This document shows, in pieces, positions 9,205 through 18,717 of a DNA stretch of 64,000 bases. Each line of letters starts with the position of its first letter. Position 1 is the stretch's first letter. The notes below the pieces were generated by a model that worked only from the letters and a program-made list of their open reading frames with translations, was not told where the DNA came from and did not search any database. Both the position numbers and the translations under genes were made by a program. Origin of the DNA: Methylococcales bacterium (lineage in GTDB: Bacteria > Pseudomonadota > Gammaproteobacteria > Methylococcales > Methylomonadaceae); assembly GCA_028707085.1 (NCBI GenBank), contig JAQTUW010000001.1, positions 57,030 through 121,029 on the forward strand, in the 5' to 3' direction.

Positions 9205-10950
9205 TTAGAAAGTGCCGATGATGCGCAGCAGCTTGTACCAGAATACGTCCAGCGGCATGACGATAAAGTGAAAGGCTATGACTGCGGCGATACTGCCGGT
9301 CAAACCGATAAGCAGCAAGGTTTTCCGGTGGTTTTTGCGATTTTCGCTTTCCTTGTGGTTTTCCAGATAAGGAATGGTGGCCAGTGGCGGTACACCCAGC
9401 AACTGGGTGATGGTTCGTTCGGAATGGATATTGGAATCCAGTACTTCCGCCATGGCCAGCGCGCCGAAACCGCCGGCGATCGCCACCACAAAACCCAGTA
9501 TCAGAATGACCATGCGGTTCGGGCTATACGCTTCCAGGGGTTCCTGTGGCGGGTCGATCAGGGTGAAACGTTCGCCTTTCTTCTGAATTTCCAGTTGCTG
9601 GGCAATCTGGGCTTCCATTTCCCGGGCGTCGACGCCACGGTAGCGGTTATTGGTGTTGTCCAGTTCCTGCAGCATATCCATGTATTCTTTTTCGATTAGC
9701 GGCGCTTCGCGCATGTTTTTGCGTAGCTTCTCCAGTTTCTCGTTCAGCATGGTGCGGCTTTGCGCCAGGGAGCGGATATCGCTGTCAACGGCCGCCAACT
9801 GGGTCTGGGTGGAAATGTAGGCCGGATTGTCCGGTTTGATTTCGTTATTGGTAAATTCCTGGGTTTTGGTGTCGAGAATGGCCTGTTGCAGGGCGGTGAT
9901 TTCCTTTTGCAGCTTTTGAACGTCAGGATGCTTGTCGGAATATTGTTTTAACAGCGAGGTATAAGCGCTTTTTTTCTCCGTCAGTTCGGCATTTAGACTG
10001 GCTATGTCGGCGCTGGAGCCGATCTGTTTCTGCAAGGATTCGATTTCATGCTTGATTTTCACCAGATCCGGATGGGTTTCGGAATAACGGGAAATCAGAG
10101 AGGGATACTGGGCCTGCAATTCCTTGAGCCGGTCATGCATATCGAACACCTTTTGGCCGACTGCATTGGTGGCGGAGGTGTTGGGGTCGATCTGGGCGAG
10201 TTGGCCTTCCAGATAAAACTTGTGTTCTGCGGCGGAGCGTTCCTGGCTGTCCAGCAGCATCAACTGGTTGTTGATGGTGGTGATTTCCTGCTGATTGATG
10301 GAGTTGGCTTCCGGCAGGCGATTGAGGTTGTTTTTCTTGAACTCGGCGACCTTGGCCTGAATTTCCTGGATGCGTTCCTTCAGGTGGCGTTTTTCTTCAC
10401 TGAGGAAGATGGCGGCGTTGTCTGCCGATTCGGTACGGGATTTGATGTTTTCCTTGAGAAAAAGCGAAACCAGTTCGTTTGCGACTTTTTGGGCCAGCGA
10501 AGGGGAAGGGCTATCGAAGGCCAGTATAAAGGCGATGGTGGCTTTGGTGGGCACGCCGTTACGCGGGTCGATCACGTCCGCGCTGACGGTTTCCACCTTG
10601 ATGCTTTTGCGCATTTTATCCAGAATACGTTCTTCGGTCTTGGTTTTCAGATCCGCGGCGTAAAGATCGTATTTTTTGATGATTTCCATCAGATTGACGC
10701 GGGACATGATGCGCTGGCTGATGATCTGGATACGCTGGTCGGCGAAGGTGGTGACCGTGGAGCGCACCAGTTCCGAAGGAATTTCCTGTTCCTCGATCAG
10801 AATGGTGGCTGTCGAGCGAAAAACCGAAGGCAGCACCACGGAAAGAATGATGCTCAGTAAAAAGATAGCCAGAAAAGGGATAATGACGAATTTTTTGCGT
10901 CTTTTGATTATTTTTAAATAATCTTTAATATCGGGTGCTTGATTTTCCAC
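9205..10950 (-). CDS. Polysaccharide chain-length determinant (Wzz/PCP family, PEP-CTERM-locus type)
   Basis: The N-terminus is IKDYLKIIKRRKKFVIIPFLAIFLLSI followed by a TM segment. A long coiled-coil periplasmic region follows, and a second TM lies near the C-terminus (MVILILGFVVAIAGGFGALAMA). Confidence 0.75.
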   Translation of the reverse strand: MENQAPDIKDYLKIIKRRKKFVIIPFLAIFLLSIILSVVLPSVFRSTATILIEEQEIPSELVRSTVTTFADQRIQIISQRIMSRVNLMEIIKKYDLYAADLKTKTEERILDKMRKSIKVETVSADVIDPRNGVPTKATIAFILAFDSPSPSLAQKVANELVSLFLKENIKSRTESADNAAIFLSEEKRHLKERIQEIQAKVAEFKKNNLNRLPEANSINQQEITTINNQLMLLDSQERSAAEHKFYLEGQLAQIDPNTSATNAVGQKVFDMHDRLKELQAQYPSLISRYSETHPDLVKIKHEIESLQKQIGSSADIASLNAELTEKKSAYTSLLKQYSDKHPDVQKLQKEITALQQAILDTKTQEFTNNEIKPDNPAYISTQTQLAAVDSDIRSLAQSRTMLNEKLEKLRKNMREAPLIEKEYMDMLQELDNTNNRYRGVDAREMEAQIAQQLEIQKKGERFTLIDPPQEPLEAYSPNRMVILILGFVVAIAGGFGALAMAEVLDSNIHSERTITQLLGVPPLATIPYLENHKESENRKNHRKTLLLIGLTGSIAAVIAFHFIVMPLDVFWYKLLRIIGTF

Positions 10951-10951
10951 G

Positions 10952-12346
10952 CTATTTCACCTGACGGTTGATTTGGGGTTGGTAAATAAATTGGAGTTGC
11001 ATGTTGTTCCCTACGGCATTCAGGTTTTGCAACGTGTAGTTTTGATCCATGTAAGTGTAGCTAAGCTGAAAATACATCTCGGGCGTCCATTTCCATTTGA
11101 TATTGGGAGAGATCATGTTGAGTGTCCGGTTATTCAGGTTGACATAGGCTGAACTGGTGTATAGGCCGGCCACATAGTCGGAGATCAGATAGGTATAATT
11201 GAACCCGGTATTCCAGCGTTCCGAGACATTGTAGTCCAGCGAGGCGGAAATCTGGGAGGTCTGTTGCTGGCTGCCGGTACTGGCCGGGTTTAATTGCTGA
11301 TTATAACTGATATTGATGATGCCTTTTTCCAGATCGCGTTTCACGCTGGCCGAATAGAGTTTGCCGTTGGTAGTGCTGGTTACGGTTTCGTAGCTGTCCG
11401 GGCAGGTCAGGAGCGGAGACAGATGGCTGCAGTTCAGTCCGGGCACCTGGTTGGCGATATTGCTTTTGCTGTTGGAGTCGCGCAGGCCGGCGCTGCCGGA
11501 AATCAAGGTTCTTTCGTCAAACTGGTAACTGAAACCAAGCTGATAGCTAAGCGTTTTTGAATTTTGTTTATAGGTGTATTCGACAGGCAGGCTGCTGATA
11601 CCTAGATAGTTGCCGGTATCGATGGTATTGCCGGCGTCATAGATCGTATAGCCGGTGTTGAAGTTGAACGACAGTTTTTCGTTGTAACGGTGGGTGGCGA
11701 TGGCGTTAAGAGTGCTGTTGGTATAATCAAAGTAGCCGGTGCTGGGGTGCGAGGCAAAGTTTACGGCGGTATAGGAGCCGGTAAACTCCAGCGAGTTGGT
11801 TTCTGTCAGTCTATAAATAACGTCCGGCTTGATGGTTTCCGATTCGCGCGGCACTTGGGTAGTCAGATTGCCGGAGCCGTTCACTCCAAGTTGGGAGGCC
11901 AGCGAAGATTCATAGCCGTATCGACCGGTCAGTGTGGTGATCCACTTCTCGTTACGATAAGTGTGAGTGAAGCTGGCGATTCTTTCCGAGAAATTCAGCG
12001 AAGTCTGATCGTCATACAGCAACTGGTTCCAGTTCAGTTTGACCTGTAGTTCATTTTCGGCCGCCAGATAGCCGAGAATGAAGCTGGGCGAAAGGGTGGT
12101 GATCAGATTGCTGCGTGTCGGTTGAAGCTGCATGCGCAAATTGTCGGTATAGCGTTGGGTGACATCGATTTCCGGCTGGTAAATCCAGTCGAAGGCGTAG
12201 CCGTCATGCATGCCGGATAGCCACGCAGCCAGACAACACGCCAGCCGTAGTCCGGCAAAGCGTGGATTCGGAATGATGCGGCGGCCGGTTTCAGGCGTCG
12301 GCTGCCGGCTGCCCGAATATATTTCCGCTTTATATTTCATAAGCAA
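10952..12346 (-). CDS. Putative outer-membrane beta-barrel protein associated with PEP-CTERM/EPS export loci
   Basis: The sequence is Tyr/Asn/Ser/Thr-rich with alternating beta-strand-like periodicity throughout. It is embedded between the Wza-like and Wzz-like genes with 1-nt and 20-nt gaps. The family assignment is from recall. Confidence 0.5.
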   Translation of the reverse strand: MLMKYKAEIYSGSRQPTPETGRRIIPNPRFAGLRLACCLAAWLSGMHDGYAFDWIYQPEIDVTQRYTDNLRMQLQPTRSNLITTLSPSFILGYLAAENELQVKLNWNQLLYDDQTSLNFSERIASFTHTYRNEKWITTLTGRYGYESSLASQLGVNGSGNLTTQVPRESETIKPDVIYRLTETNSLEFTGSYTAVNFASHPSTGYFDYTNSTLNAIATHRYNEKLSFNFNTGYTIYDAGNTIDTGNYLGISSLPVEYTYKQNSKTLSYQLGFSYQFDERTLISGSAGLRDSNSKSNIANQVPGLNCSHLSPLLTCPDSYETVTSTTNGKLYSASVKRDLEKGIINISYNQQLNPASTGSQQQTSQISASLDYNVSERWNTGFNYTYLISDYVAGLYTSSAYVNLNNRTLNMISPNIKWKWTPEMYFQLSYTYMDQNYTLQNLNAVGNNMQLQFIYQPQINRQVK

Positions 12347-12366
12347 CCCATCCTGATTGAGCGCGA

Positions 12367-13131
12367 TCAGGGTACGGTGACGGTATCCCCAGGTTCCAGC
12401 AAGATATTTTGTTCGAGATCTTCGCCTTTGATTACGTCGCTGTAGTCGAAAGGAAAGACCAGGGTCTGGTTGCCGTTACGGCGGAGGATGCTGATCGAGC
12501 CTTCCGATGCGTAGACGGTCAGTCCGCCGGCCAGACTCAGCGCCTGCAATACGTCAATTTTGCGGGCGGTGAAATATTGGCCCGGTTTTGCCACCTTGCC
12601 GATGACGAAGATGGTGTTGCCCTGATTATTGAGCAGCTTGACCGTGATGGAAGGTTCGGAAATATAATCGGAAAGTTTTGTGGTCAGAATGTCCTTGATC
12701 TGGGTGGTGGTTTTACCGCCGACATTGATGGTGCCGATCAGCGGAAAGATGATATTGCCGTCCGGGCTGACCAAGTATTGCTGATCCTGAAGCCCTTCCT
12801 CCTTCCAGACCGAAATCAGCAGGGCGTCGCCCGGCGCGATCAGATAGTGGCTTAGGCTGCTGCCGCCGTCTTCCGCCGGAGCGGGTGCGGTTTCAGTGTT
12901 TGCCTGCGGCGAGGTGGCGGGAGCTGCGTCGGTGTTTGTCTGAAGCGGGGTGATGACGGGCGCCGGTTCGCTGGCGGCGGCCGGTTCTGGCGAGGTGGTT
13001 CCGGCGGACGAGCCGACTTCCTGAATGACCGTATCACCCGGTATGGCTGTCTCGGTGGTCAATTCCGGCGCGGCTAAAACTTGATAAGAAAACAGCAGAC
13101 ATAAGGAAAAAAAGGTGGTTGTCTGTTTCAA
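12367..13131 (-). CDS. Polysaccharide export protein (Wza-like: Poly_export + SLBB domains)
   Basis: It has a signal peptide and a Pro/Ala/Thr-rich linker. These are followed by YLIAPGDALLISVW...DGNIIFPLIGTINVGGKT...GKVAKPGQY...LQALSLAGGLT, which is characteristic of the family. Confidence 0.8.
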   Translation of the reverse strand: MKQTTTFFSLCLLFSYQVLAAPELTTETAIPGDTVIQEVGSSAGTTSPEPAAASEPAPVITPLQTNTDAAPATSPQANTETAPAPAEDGGSSLSHYLIAPGDALLISVWKEEGLQDQQYLVSPDGNIIFPLIGTINVGGKTTTQIKDILTTKLSDYISEPSITVKLLNNQGNTIFVIGKVAKPGQYFTARKIDVLQALSLAGGLTVYASEGSISILRRNGNQTLVFPFDYSDVIKGEDLEQNILLEPGDTVTVP

Positions 13132-13339
13132 AATGTATCCCTATGATGTGGAGATTTAAAAATTCGTTCCCTGGAGCCTGCGGCATACGATCTGAATTTT
13201 GCCGGTGGAATGCGGATGCCGGCAATTGATCAGGGCAAAATCGGTCGTGGCGGCAGGTGGCCAAAAAATTCCTGATAAAAGGAAACTCTGGCATTCTACC
13301 GGAGGAATTTTACAACAATGTGATAATGAGAGTAAATTT

Positions 13340-13690
13340 ATGAATATCGATGACTTTTTACAGCGCGTCAGAGCCGAAGATGCGCCGGCGTTTCAGGACA
13401 CCATGGCGGTTATCGCTGCAAATTATCGTTACAAACCGACCGCATTCAGCAACGGCCTGACCGAGCCTTTGCTGAATGCGGCAGGTTGTAACGAAGGTTC
13501 CTGCAAGATTTTTGCCTTTGCCGGCCTGCATGGCCTGACCAAGGAGCAGACCCTGGGGTTGTTCGGCGATTATTACCGGCGGGATGTGCTGGGCAATCCG
13601 GATGGCGAGGATCATCGGAATATTCGTATCTTCATGCGCGACGGCTGGCCGGGTATCGTCTTTAGCGGCGAAGCTTTACATGCGCTGTGA
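13340..13690 (+). CDS. HopJ type III effector family protein (function unknown)
   Basis: MNIDDFLQRV....YKPTAF.NG......NAAGCNEGSCKIFAFA..HGL...QTL..FG.YYR.DVL..P.G.DH.NIR.F resembles the HopJ/PF08888 family. The start was moved to the internal ATG at 13340. Confidence 0.6.
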   Translation: MNIDDFLQRVRAEDAPAFQDTMAVIAANYRYKPTAFSNGLTEPLLNAAGCNEGSCKIFAFAGLHGLTKEQTLGLFGDYYRRDVLGNPDGEDHRNIRIFMRDGWPGIVFSGEALHAL

Positions 13691-14751
13691 CGGCGATGCA
13701 GATCGATGTCCTGATCGTTGGCCAGGGGCTGGCCGGCAGTTTGCTGGCCAGGGAGCTGATACGGCGACAATGCCGGGTGCTGGTGGTCGATAGCGGTACG
13801 GAAAATGCCTCGCAGGTGGCAGCGGGGCTGATCAATCCGGTCAGCGGCCAACGCCTGGTGAAGCATCGGACGGTGGACAGCTGCCTGCCGGCGGCGATGG
13901 CGGCGTATCGGCAACTGGCCGCCGAGTTCGGGCAGCCGTTTTTTGTGGAATTGCCCATGCTGCGGATATTGCAGTCGGCCATGGAGCGCGAGTATGCAGC
14001 CAAACGCCTGTTACAGGCCGATTATCAGCCTTATTTGAGCGGCTGGGCTACCGAGCCGCCGGGAATCAGCGCCCCTTACGGGGTATTGCGCCAAACCGGC
14101 GGCGGATATTTGCGTACCCGTCTGTTGTTGAGCCGTTTGCGGGCGTTTTTGACCGGCATGGGCAGTTTTCGGCAGACTGGGCTGGCTTATGAGGAATTAA
14201 GGCTATACCCGGATTTGCAATGGCGGGCGGTCAGGCCCCGGCATGTGGTGTTTTGCGAAGGCCATCAGGCGCTTGCCAATCCCTGGTTTGGCGGCCTGCC
14301 GTTTCAGTTGGCGAAAGGCGAGATTCTGGCTTGCGAATCCGCCGCCGAAATACCGCAGTCCATACTCAATTATGGCAAGTGGCTAATTCCGCTGTCCGGG
14401 CGGCGATTTAAAACCGGCGCCAGTTTTGAAACCCGGCAACCCGACGCCATACCCACTGCTGATGCCAAAGCTGAGTTACTGGCTGCGCTGGCTAAGGCCG
14501 GCGTCAATGGCGGCGCGGTAAGCGTTTACGAACATAAAGCCGGTATCCGTCCGGCGACGCTGGACAAGCAACCGCTGATCGGCAGCCACCCCCGGCATGC
14601 CGGGTTGCATATCTTTAATGGCTTCGGCTCGAAAGGCAGTCTGTACATACCCTGGTACGCCCGGCAGCTTGCCGATCTGTTGCTACAGGGCCATCCCTTG
14701 CCGGATCACGCCGATATCAAACGCTATCATGAAACGCATTTCCCTGCTTGA
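13687..14751 (+). CDS. FAD-dependent oxidoreductase (DAO family; MnmC oxidase-domain-like / YurR-like candidate)
   Basis: It carries the N-terminal dinucleotide fold IDVLIVGQGLAGSLLARELIRRQCRVLVVD and the C-terminal H.GFGSKG motif. The GTG start overlaps the hopJ stop (GTGA). An alternative ATG lies at 13696. Confidence 0.75.
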   Translation: MTAMQIDVLIVGQGLAGSLLARELIRRQCRVLVVDSGTENASQVAAGLINPVSGQRLVKHRTVDSCLPAAMAAYRQLAAEFGQPFFVELPMLRILQSAMEREYAAKRLLQADYQPYLSGWATEPPGISAPYGVLRQTGGGYLRTRLLLSRLRAFLTGMGSFRQTGLAYEELRLYPDLQWRAVRPRHVVFCEGHQALANPWFGGLPFQLAKGEILACESAAEIPQSILNYGKWLIPLSGRRFKTGASFETRQPDAIPTADAKAELLAALAKAGVNGGAVSVYEHKAGIRPATLDKQPLIGSHPRHAGLHIFNGFGSKGSLYIPWYARQLADLLLQGHPLPDHADIKRYHETHFPA

Positions 14752-15307
14752 AACGGCGCATGCCATGGTCGGCGGCTGTCTGTGGGCGGGTGGCGTCGCG
14801 ATCGACGCTACTGTGGGCAACGGACATGACACGCTGTTTCTGGCCGGTTGCGTGGGCGAACAGGGGCGCGTATTCGGTTTCGACATTCAGGCCAGGGCCG
14901 TAGCCAGCACCCGGCAGCGGCTGCTGGCGGAAGGAGTGGCGCAAAGGGTCAGCCTGTTCCACTGTAGTCATGCCCTGATGACCGAATGTCTGCCGGCCGA
15001 GGCGGGCGGGCGGGTCGGAGCCGCAATGTTCAATCTGGGCTATTTGCCCGGCGGCGACAAGACGCTAGTCACTCATGCCGGCGCGACGCTGGCGGCGCTG
15101 GATGCGGCAGGCGGATTGCTGGCCGCAGGCGGGGTGATGACTGTGCTGGCCTATCCTGGGCATATAGGCGGCGCAGCCGAAGCCGGAGCGGTTGCCGACT
15201 GGTGTCGCGAGCAGGCTTTACGGCGGCGGTTCGCCGTGGAGCTGATCGAGAGCGCTTATCCGCAGCCTGCCGCGCCACGGTTGTTTGTGATCCGTAAGCA
15301 GTCGTGA
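14729..15307 (+). CDS. SAM-dependent methyltransferase of the YtqB/MnmM family
   Basis: AIDATVGNGHDTLFLA, GRVFGFDIQ, FNLGYLPGGDK and LAYPGH match Bacillus YtqB (MnmM) motifs nearly residue for residue. The start overlaps the upstream gene by 23 nt. Confidence 0.75.
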   Translation: MKRISLLETAHAMVGGCLWAGGVAIDATVGNGHDTLFLAGCVGEQGRVFGFDIQARAVASTRQRLLAEGVAQRVSLFHCSHALMTECLPAEAGGRVGAAMFNLGYLPGGDKTLVTHAGATLAALDAAGGLLAAGGVMTVLAYPGHIGGAAEAGAVADWCREQALRRRFAVELIESAYPQPAAPRLFVIRKQS

Positions 15308-15676
15308 AATGATCAACGCAAGGCAATAGCGAACGTGTATTGCGCCGGATGGAAATGTCGTAAATATTCAGCATAACTAATTAAAAAATAACTACAAAAC
15401 TATAGAGCTATCGCTATTGCGCTATAATATGCGCATATTATGTTTGCGGCAACAAATTAAAATCGCCGAAAGGGTTATTTTGTAAAATTATGTTAGTTTT
15501 GGTAAATAAATGTAATTTATTAAAAATAGCATGCTATTTAAGCGACTCCTTTTTAAGGAGGGGCGTTAAGTCATATTGCGGTAATAATTTTATTATAGAG
15601 TTGATAGATTGATTGGATATGGTTCAATCAATCAGTTTATTATCAGTTCACTTTATATATATTTGGCAGAATTTTT

Positions 15677-17233
15677 ATGCGCATTACACTTTTGAGCCGA
15701 ACCATACGCTCGGTTTTGACGGCAGGTATAACCTTTAGTCTTTTGTCCACCGCGGCGCATGCCGATCTCGGCGCTAGCGGCGGCTTTACCGTAGGGGATT
15801 TGGTGGTCAGCACCGTTTCCGGCTCCACTCTGGACGCCGCATCGGCCATCACCCTGAACCAGTTCGCATTGAGCGCCAACGGCACGGTCGCGACCGCAGC
15901 CGGCAGCCTGACTTTGCCGCAGACCGCCAGCGGCAATAATGCCGCCATTTCCGGCGAATACGGTTCGGCCTCGGAAGGTTTGCTGCAGCAGTCGGTCAAC
16001 GGCGGCTATCTGACCATGATGGGCTATGGCGTCAATGCCGATACCTTTAATGCCTATACCGATGTGACGACTTCGCCTTACGGCACGCTGGCGCTGGGTC
16101 AGACCACCAGCCTGACCGCCGCCGACCAGAGCGGTACCGCATACACCACCGTATCCCGGGTGGTGGCGCTGATTGGTTCGGATGGCAGCGTCGACACCAG
16201 CACGGCGCTGACAGGCGTCTTCAACACCAATAATCCGCGTAGCGTGGCGACGGTGGACGGCAGCTCGTTTTATGTATCCGGCCAGGGCGTGACCGGCGAC
16301 ACCACCCAGGGGGTGTTCTATACCACGCTGGGCGCCACCACCGCGACGGCGATCGACACCAGCACCAATACCCGCGCGGTCGAAATCGTCAATAACGGCG
16401 CCTCGAATACCCTGTATGTATCCCGCGATTACAATCCGCCCGGCTCGCAATCGCCGACCAACCTGCCGCAATCCAATATCGACAGCCTGACCACCGCCAG
16501 CGGCGCGCTGCCGACTTCTGCCGCCGGCGTCACCCAGACTATTCTCACGCCCGGCGTCGATTCTTCCAAGGGTAATCAGGCATCCATCAATCTGACGGTG
16601 GCGACGGAAAATGGCGTCAACAATAGCCGGGTAGGCAGTTTCGTCTATCTCAGTCCCGAGCAGTATTTTTTCGCCAGCGTCAACGGCGGAACCGATAACG
16701 TCATGTATGTCACCGATAGCGGTCAACCGAAAAACGGCAGCGTCGATGCCGCCGCGCTGGGCGAGGGCGGTCTGCAGAAGTGGGAGTTGGTCGGCGGCGT
16801 CTGGACGCTGGAATACGATCTGGTGGCCGGATTGAACCTGGTCGATAACGCCACTGCCAATAGCGCTACCCCCACCGCCCCCGGCGTCACAGGACTGTTC
16901 GGTCTGACCGGGCAGGTGGTGACTGTTGACGGCCAGCAGGAAGTGCAGCTTTTTGCGACCAGCTATGGCCTGAACGAAATGTCGCAAAGCTATCTGTATG
17001 GCATTACCGATGTGCTGAGCAACACCACCATTACCCAGGCAAATGCTTCCGGTGAAACATTCAGCACGCTGTACACCGATACGACCGGCGCCACGGAATT
17101 GCGCGGCGTGGCGTTTGCCCCGACGGTGACCAGCACCGTCGACGCCTCTGTCCCGCTGCCGGCCAGTCTGGTGATGATGCTCACCGGCCTGGGTGTCACC
17201 GGCGTTTTTGCCCGCCGCGGCAAACGGGCTTAG
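15677..17233 (+). CDS. Secreted PEP-CTERM-anchored protein (Cys-free, Thr/Ser/Gly/Ala/Asn-rich)
   Basis: The signal peptide ends at ...LLSTAAHA. The extreme C-terminus VPLPASLVMMLTGLGVTGVFARRGKRA is a PEP-CTERM sorting signal: a Pro motif, a TM helix and a basic tail. Confidence 0.8.
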   Translation: MRITLLSRTIRSVLTAGITFSLLSTAAHADLGASGGFTVGDLVVSTVSGSTLDAASAITLNQFALSANGTVATAAGSLTLPQTASGNNAAISGEYGSASEGLLQQSVNGGYLTMMGYGVNADTFNAYTDVTTSPYGTLALGQTTSLTAADQSGTAYTTVSRVVALIGSDGSVDTSTALTGVFNTNNPRSVATVDGSSFYVSGQGVTGDTTQGVFYTTLGATTATAIDTSTNTRAVEIVNNGASNTLYVSRDYNPPGSQSPTNLPQSNIDSLTTASGALPTSAAGVTQTILTPGVDSSKGNQASINLTVATENGVNNSRVGSFVYLSPEQYFFASVNGGTDNVMYVTDSGQPKNGSVDAAALGEGGLQKWELVGGVWTLEYDLVAGLNLVDNATANSATPTAPGVTGLFGLTGQVVTVDGQQEVQLFATSYGLNEMSQSYLYGITDVLSNTTITQANASGETFSTLYTDTTGATELRGVAFAPTVTSTVDASVPLPASLVMMLTGLGVTGVFARRGKRA

Positions 17234-17269
17234 GCAGGAATTTGCCGCGCAAACCTGCACGGTGGCCTG

Positions 17270-17299
17270 AAAACCCCGCCTTGACGCGGGGTTTTTTTT
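17270..17299 (+). terminator. Rho-independent terminator of the PEP-CTERM protein gene
   Basis: The stem CCCCGC (17274-17279) pairs with GCGGGG (17286-17291) around a 6-nt loop. It is followed by 8 T and preceded by an A-tract. Confidence 0.75.
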
Positions 17300-17453
17300 G
17301 TCCGGGGCGGGGTTCTCCGTTCGGGCGTCCGGGAAGGAAACGATTAGCCCGTTCCCGCCAACTTGCCGATTGTAAACAGATTTTAATGTGTTTCCCCGGA
17401 TATCCATCCAATCTGCTATCATGGCCGGTCTTTTATTTTACATGCTTTAAAAT

Positions 17454-17765
17454 ATGTCCGAATTCAATAATGTCAGCATCGTCAAACAGGCGAATGTTTA
17501 TTTCGATGGCAAGGTCAACAGCCGGACGATCCGTTTTGCGGACGGCGCGGTAAAAACCCTGGGTTTCATGCAGCCTGGCGAATATACCTTTAATACGGCT
17601 GATCCAGAGTTGATGGAAATTCTGACGGGCGAAATGGATGTGCTGCTGCCAGGTGGCGAAACGATAACCGTCAAGGGTGGAGAATCCTTTAATGTGCCGG
17701 GTAATGCCCGGTTCACAGTGCAGGTCAGAACGGCCAGCGACTATTGCTGCTCGTTTCTCAAATAA
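17454..17765 (+). CDS. ppnP: Pyrimidine/purine nucleoside phosphorylase PpnP (DUF1255/YaiE)
   Basis: The protein is 103 aa. ANVYFDGKV.SRT......G.KTLG.M.PGEY.F.T...E.MEI..G...V.LPG matches the YaiE/PpnP cupin. Confidence 0.85.
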   Translation: MSEFNNVSIVKQANVYFDGKVNSRTIRFADGAVKTLGFMQPGEYTFNTADPELMEILTGEMDVLLPGGETITVKGGESFNVPGNARFTVQVRTASDYCCSFLK

Positions 17766-17771
17766 GCGCGG

Positions 17772-18248
17772 ATGGAGGAACGGGTCGCTATTTTTGCTGA
17801 TGTGCAAAACATTTATTACACCACTCGCCACCGATACCAAAAGCATTTTAATTACAGCGCCTTTTGGCGACAGGCGGTTGCAGACAAACAGCTTGTCGCC
17901 GCGTTCGCCTACGCCACTGACCGTGGTGACGCCAGACAGCAGGGGTTTCAGCAGATTCTGAAAAATATCGGCTTTACCATCAAGCTAAAACCCTATATTC
18001 AGCGTAGCGACGGCAGCGCCAAGGGCGACTGGGATGTGGGCATCACACTGGATGTGCTGGATTGCGCCAGACAGGTGGATAGGGTTATTCTTTTATCCGG
18101 TGACGGCGATTTTGATTTGCTGTTGCTGAAAATTCGTCAGGAATATGGCGTAAAGACCGATGTATATGGCATTGACGGGTTGACTGCGCCGTCCCTGATC
18201 AGGGCGGCGGATAGGTTTGTGCCGATTGCGCATGGTTTGCTGATGTGA
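17772..18248 (+). CDS. NYN-domain (LabA/DUF88-like) protein
   Basis: VAIFADVQNIYY...DWDVGITLDVLD...VILLSGDGDF are the conserved acidic motifs of NYN/LabA nucleases. It starts 7 nt after ppnP. Confidence 0.7.
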   Translation: MEERVAIFADVQNIYYTTRHRYQKHFNYSAFWRQAVADKQLVAAFAYATDRGDARQQGFQQILKNIGFTIKLKPYIQRSDGSAKGDWDVGITLDVLDCARQVDRVILLSGDGDFDLLLLKIRQEYGVKTDVYGIDGLTAPSLIRAADRFVPIAHGLLM

Positions 18249-18344
18249 AGATTGAAAATACCCGGACGTATCATGGCCGGCGATTTGTGGGTGTTATGCT
18301 TGCAGGGGGTGGCAGTGCGGGATTTTAGTGACCGGTTATGCAGG

Positions 18345-18647
18345 ATGAATAAAAAAATGCTATTTTTCGTAGTGGCGTTGCCTTTGCTGACGCCGCCTGC
18401 GACCGCGATGGCCGGAGACAGTTCAAGGATGGAATATTTGAGTGATGAATTGCAGTTGACCGCGGATCAAAAGGCCAGGCTGGAAGCCATTTTTAACGAA
18501 AAACACGAAAGATATCGCGCCATACGTGAAGAAACCCAGACCAGAATCAGGGATGTTTTAAGCGAAGAGCAGCTCGATGCGTGGAATAAGCTCAAAAAAC
18601 AGAGCTTCGACCGGCGGCATGGCGGTATGGGCGGGCTTGAGCAGTGA
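18345..18647 (+). CDS. Periplasmic Spy/CpxP-like (LTxxQ motif) protein
   Basis: The signal peptide is MNKKMLFFVVALPLLTPPATAMA. The LQLTADQKARLEAIF and LSEEQLDAWNKL repeats resemble LTxxQ-family chaperones. The start was moved to the internal ATG. Confidence 0.5.
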   Translation: MNKKMLFFVVALPLLTPPATAMAGDSSRMEYLSDELQLTADQKARLEAIFNEKHERYRAIREETQTRIRDVLSEEQLDAWNKLKKQSFDRRHGGMGGLEQ

Positions 18648-18717
18648 ACCGAAAGTTGTACGGCCTGTCCGCTTCAATAGTTTAATAATTTGCATTTAAG
18701 CAGCGTTTTTATAGCCA

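Noticed and set aside
15653-17422. A 589-aa minus-strand ORF, the second-longest ORF in this part of the track.
   Set aside because: It is exactly antisense to the PEP-CTERM protein gene. Its product is Gly/Arg/Ala-rich low-complexity sequence typical of a shadow frame in GC-rich DNA. The plus-strand ORF has a signal peptide, a sorting signal and a terminator.
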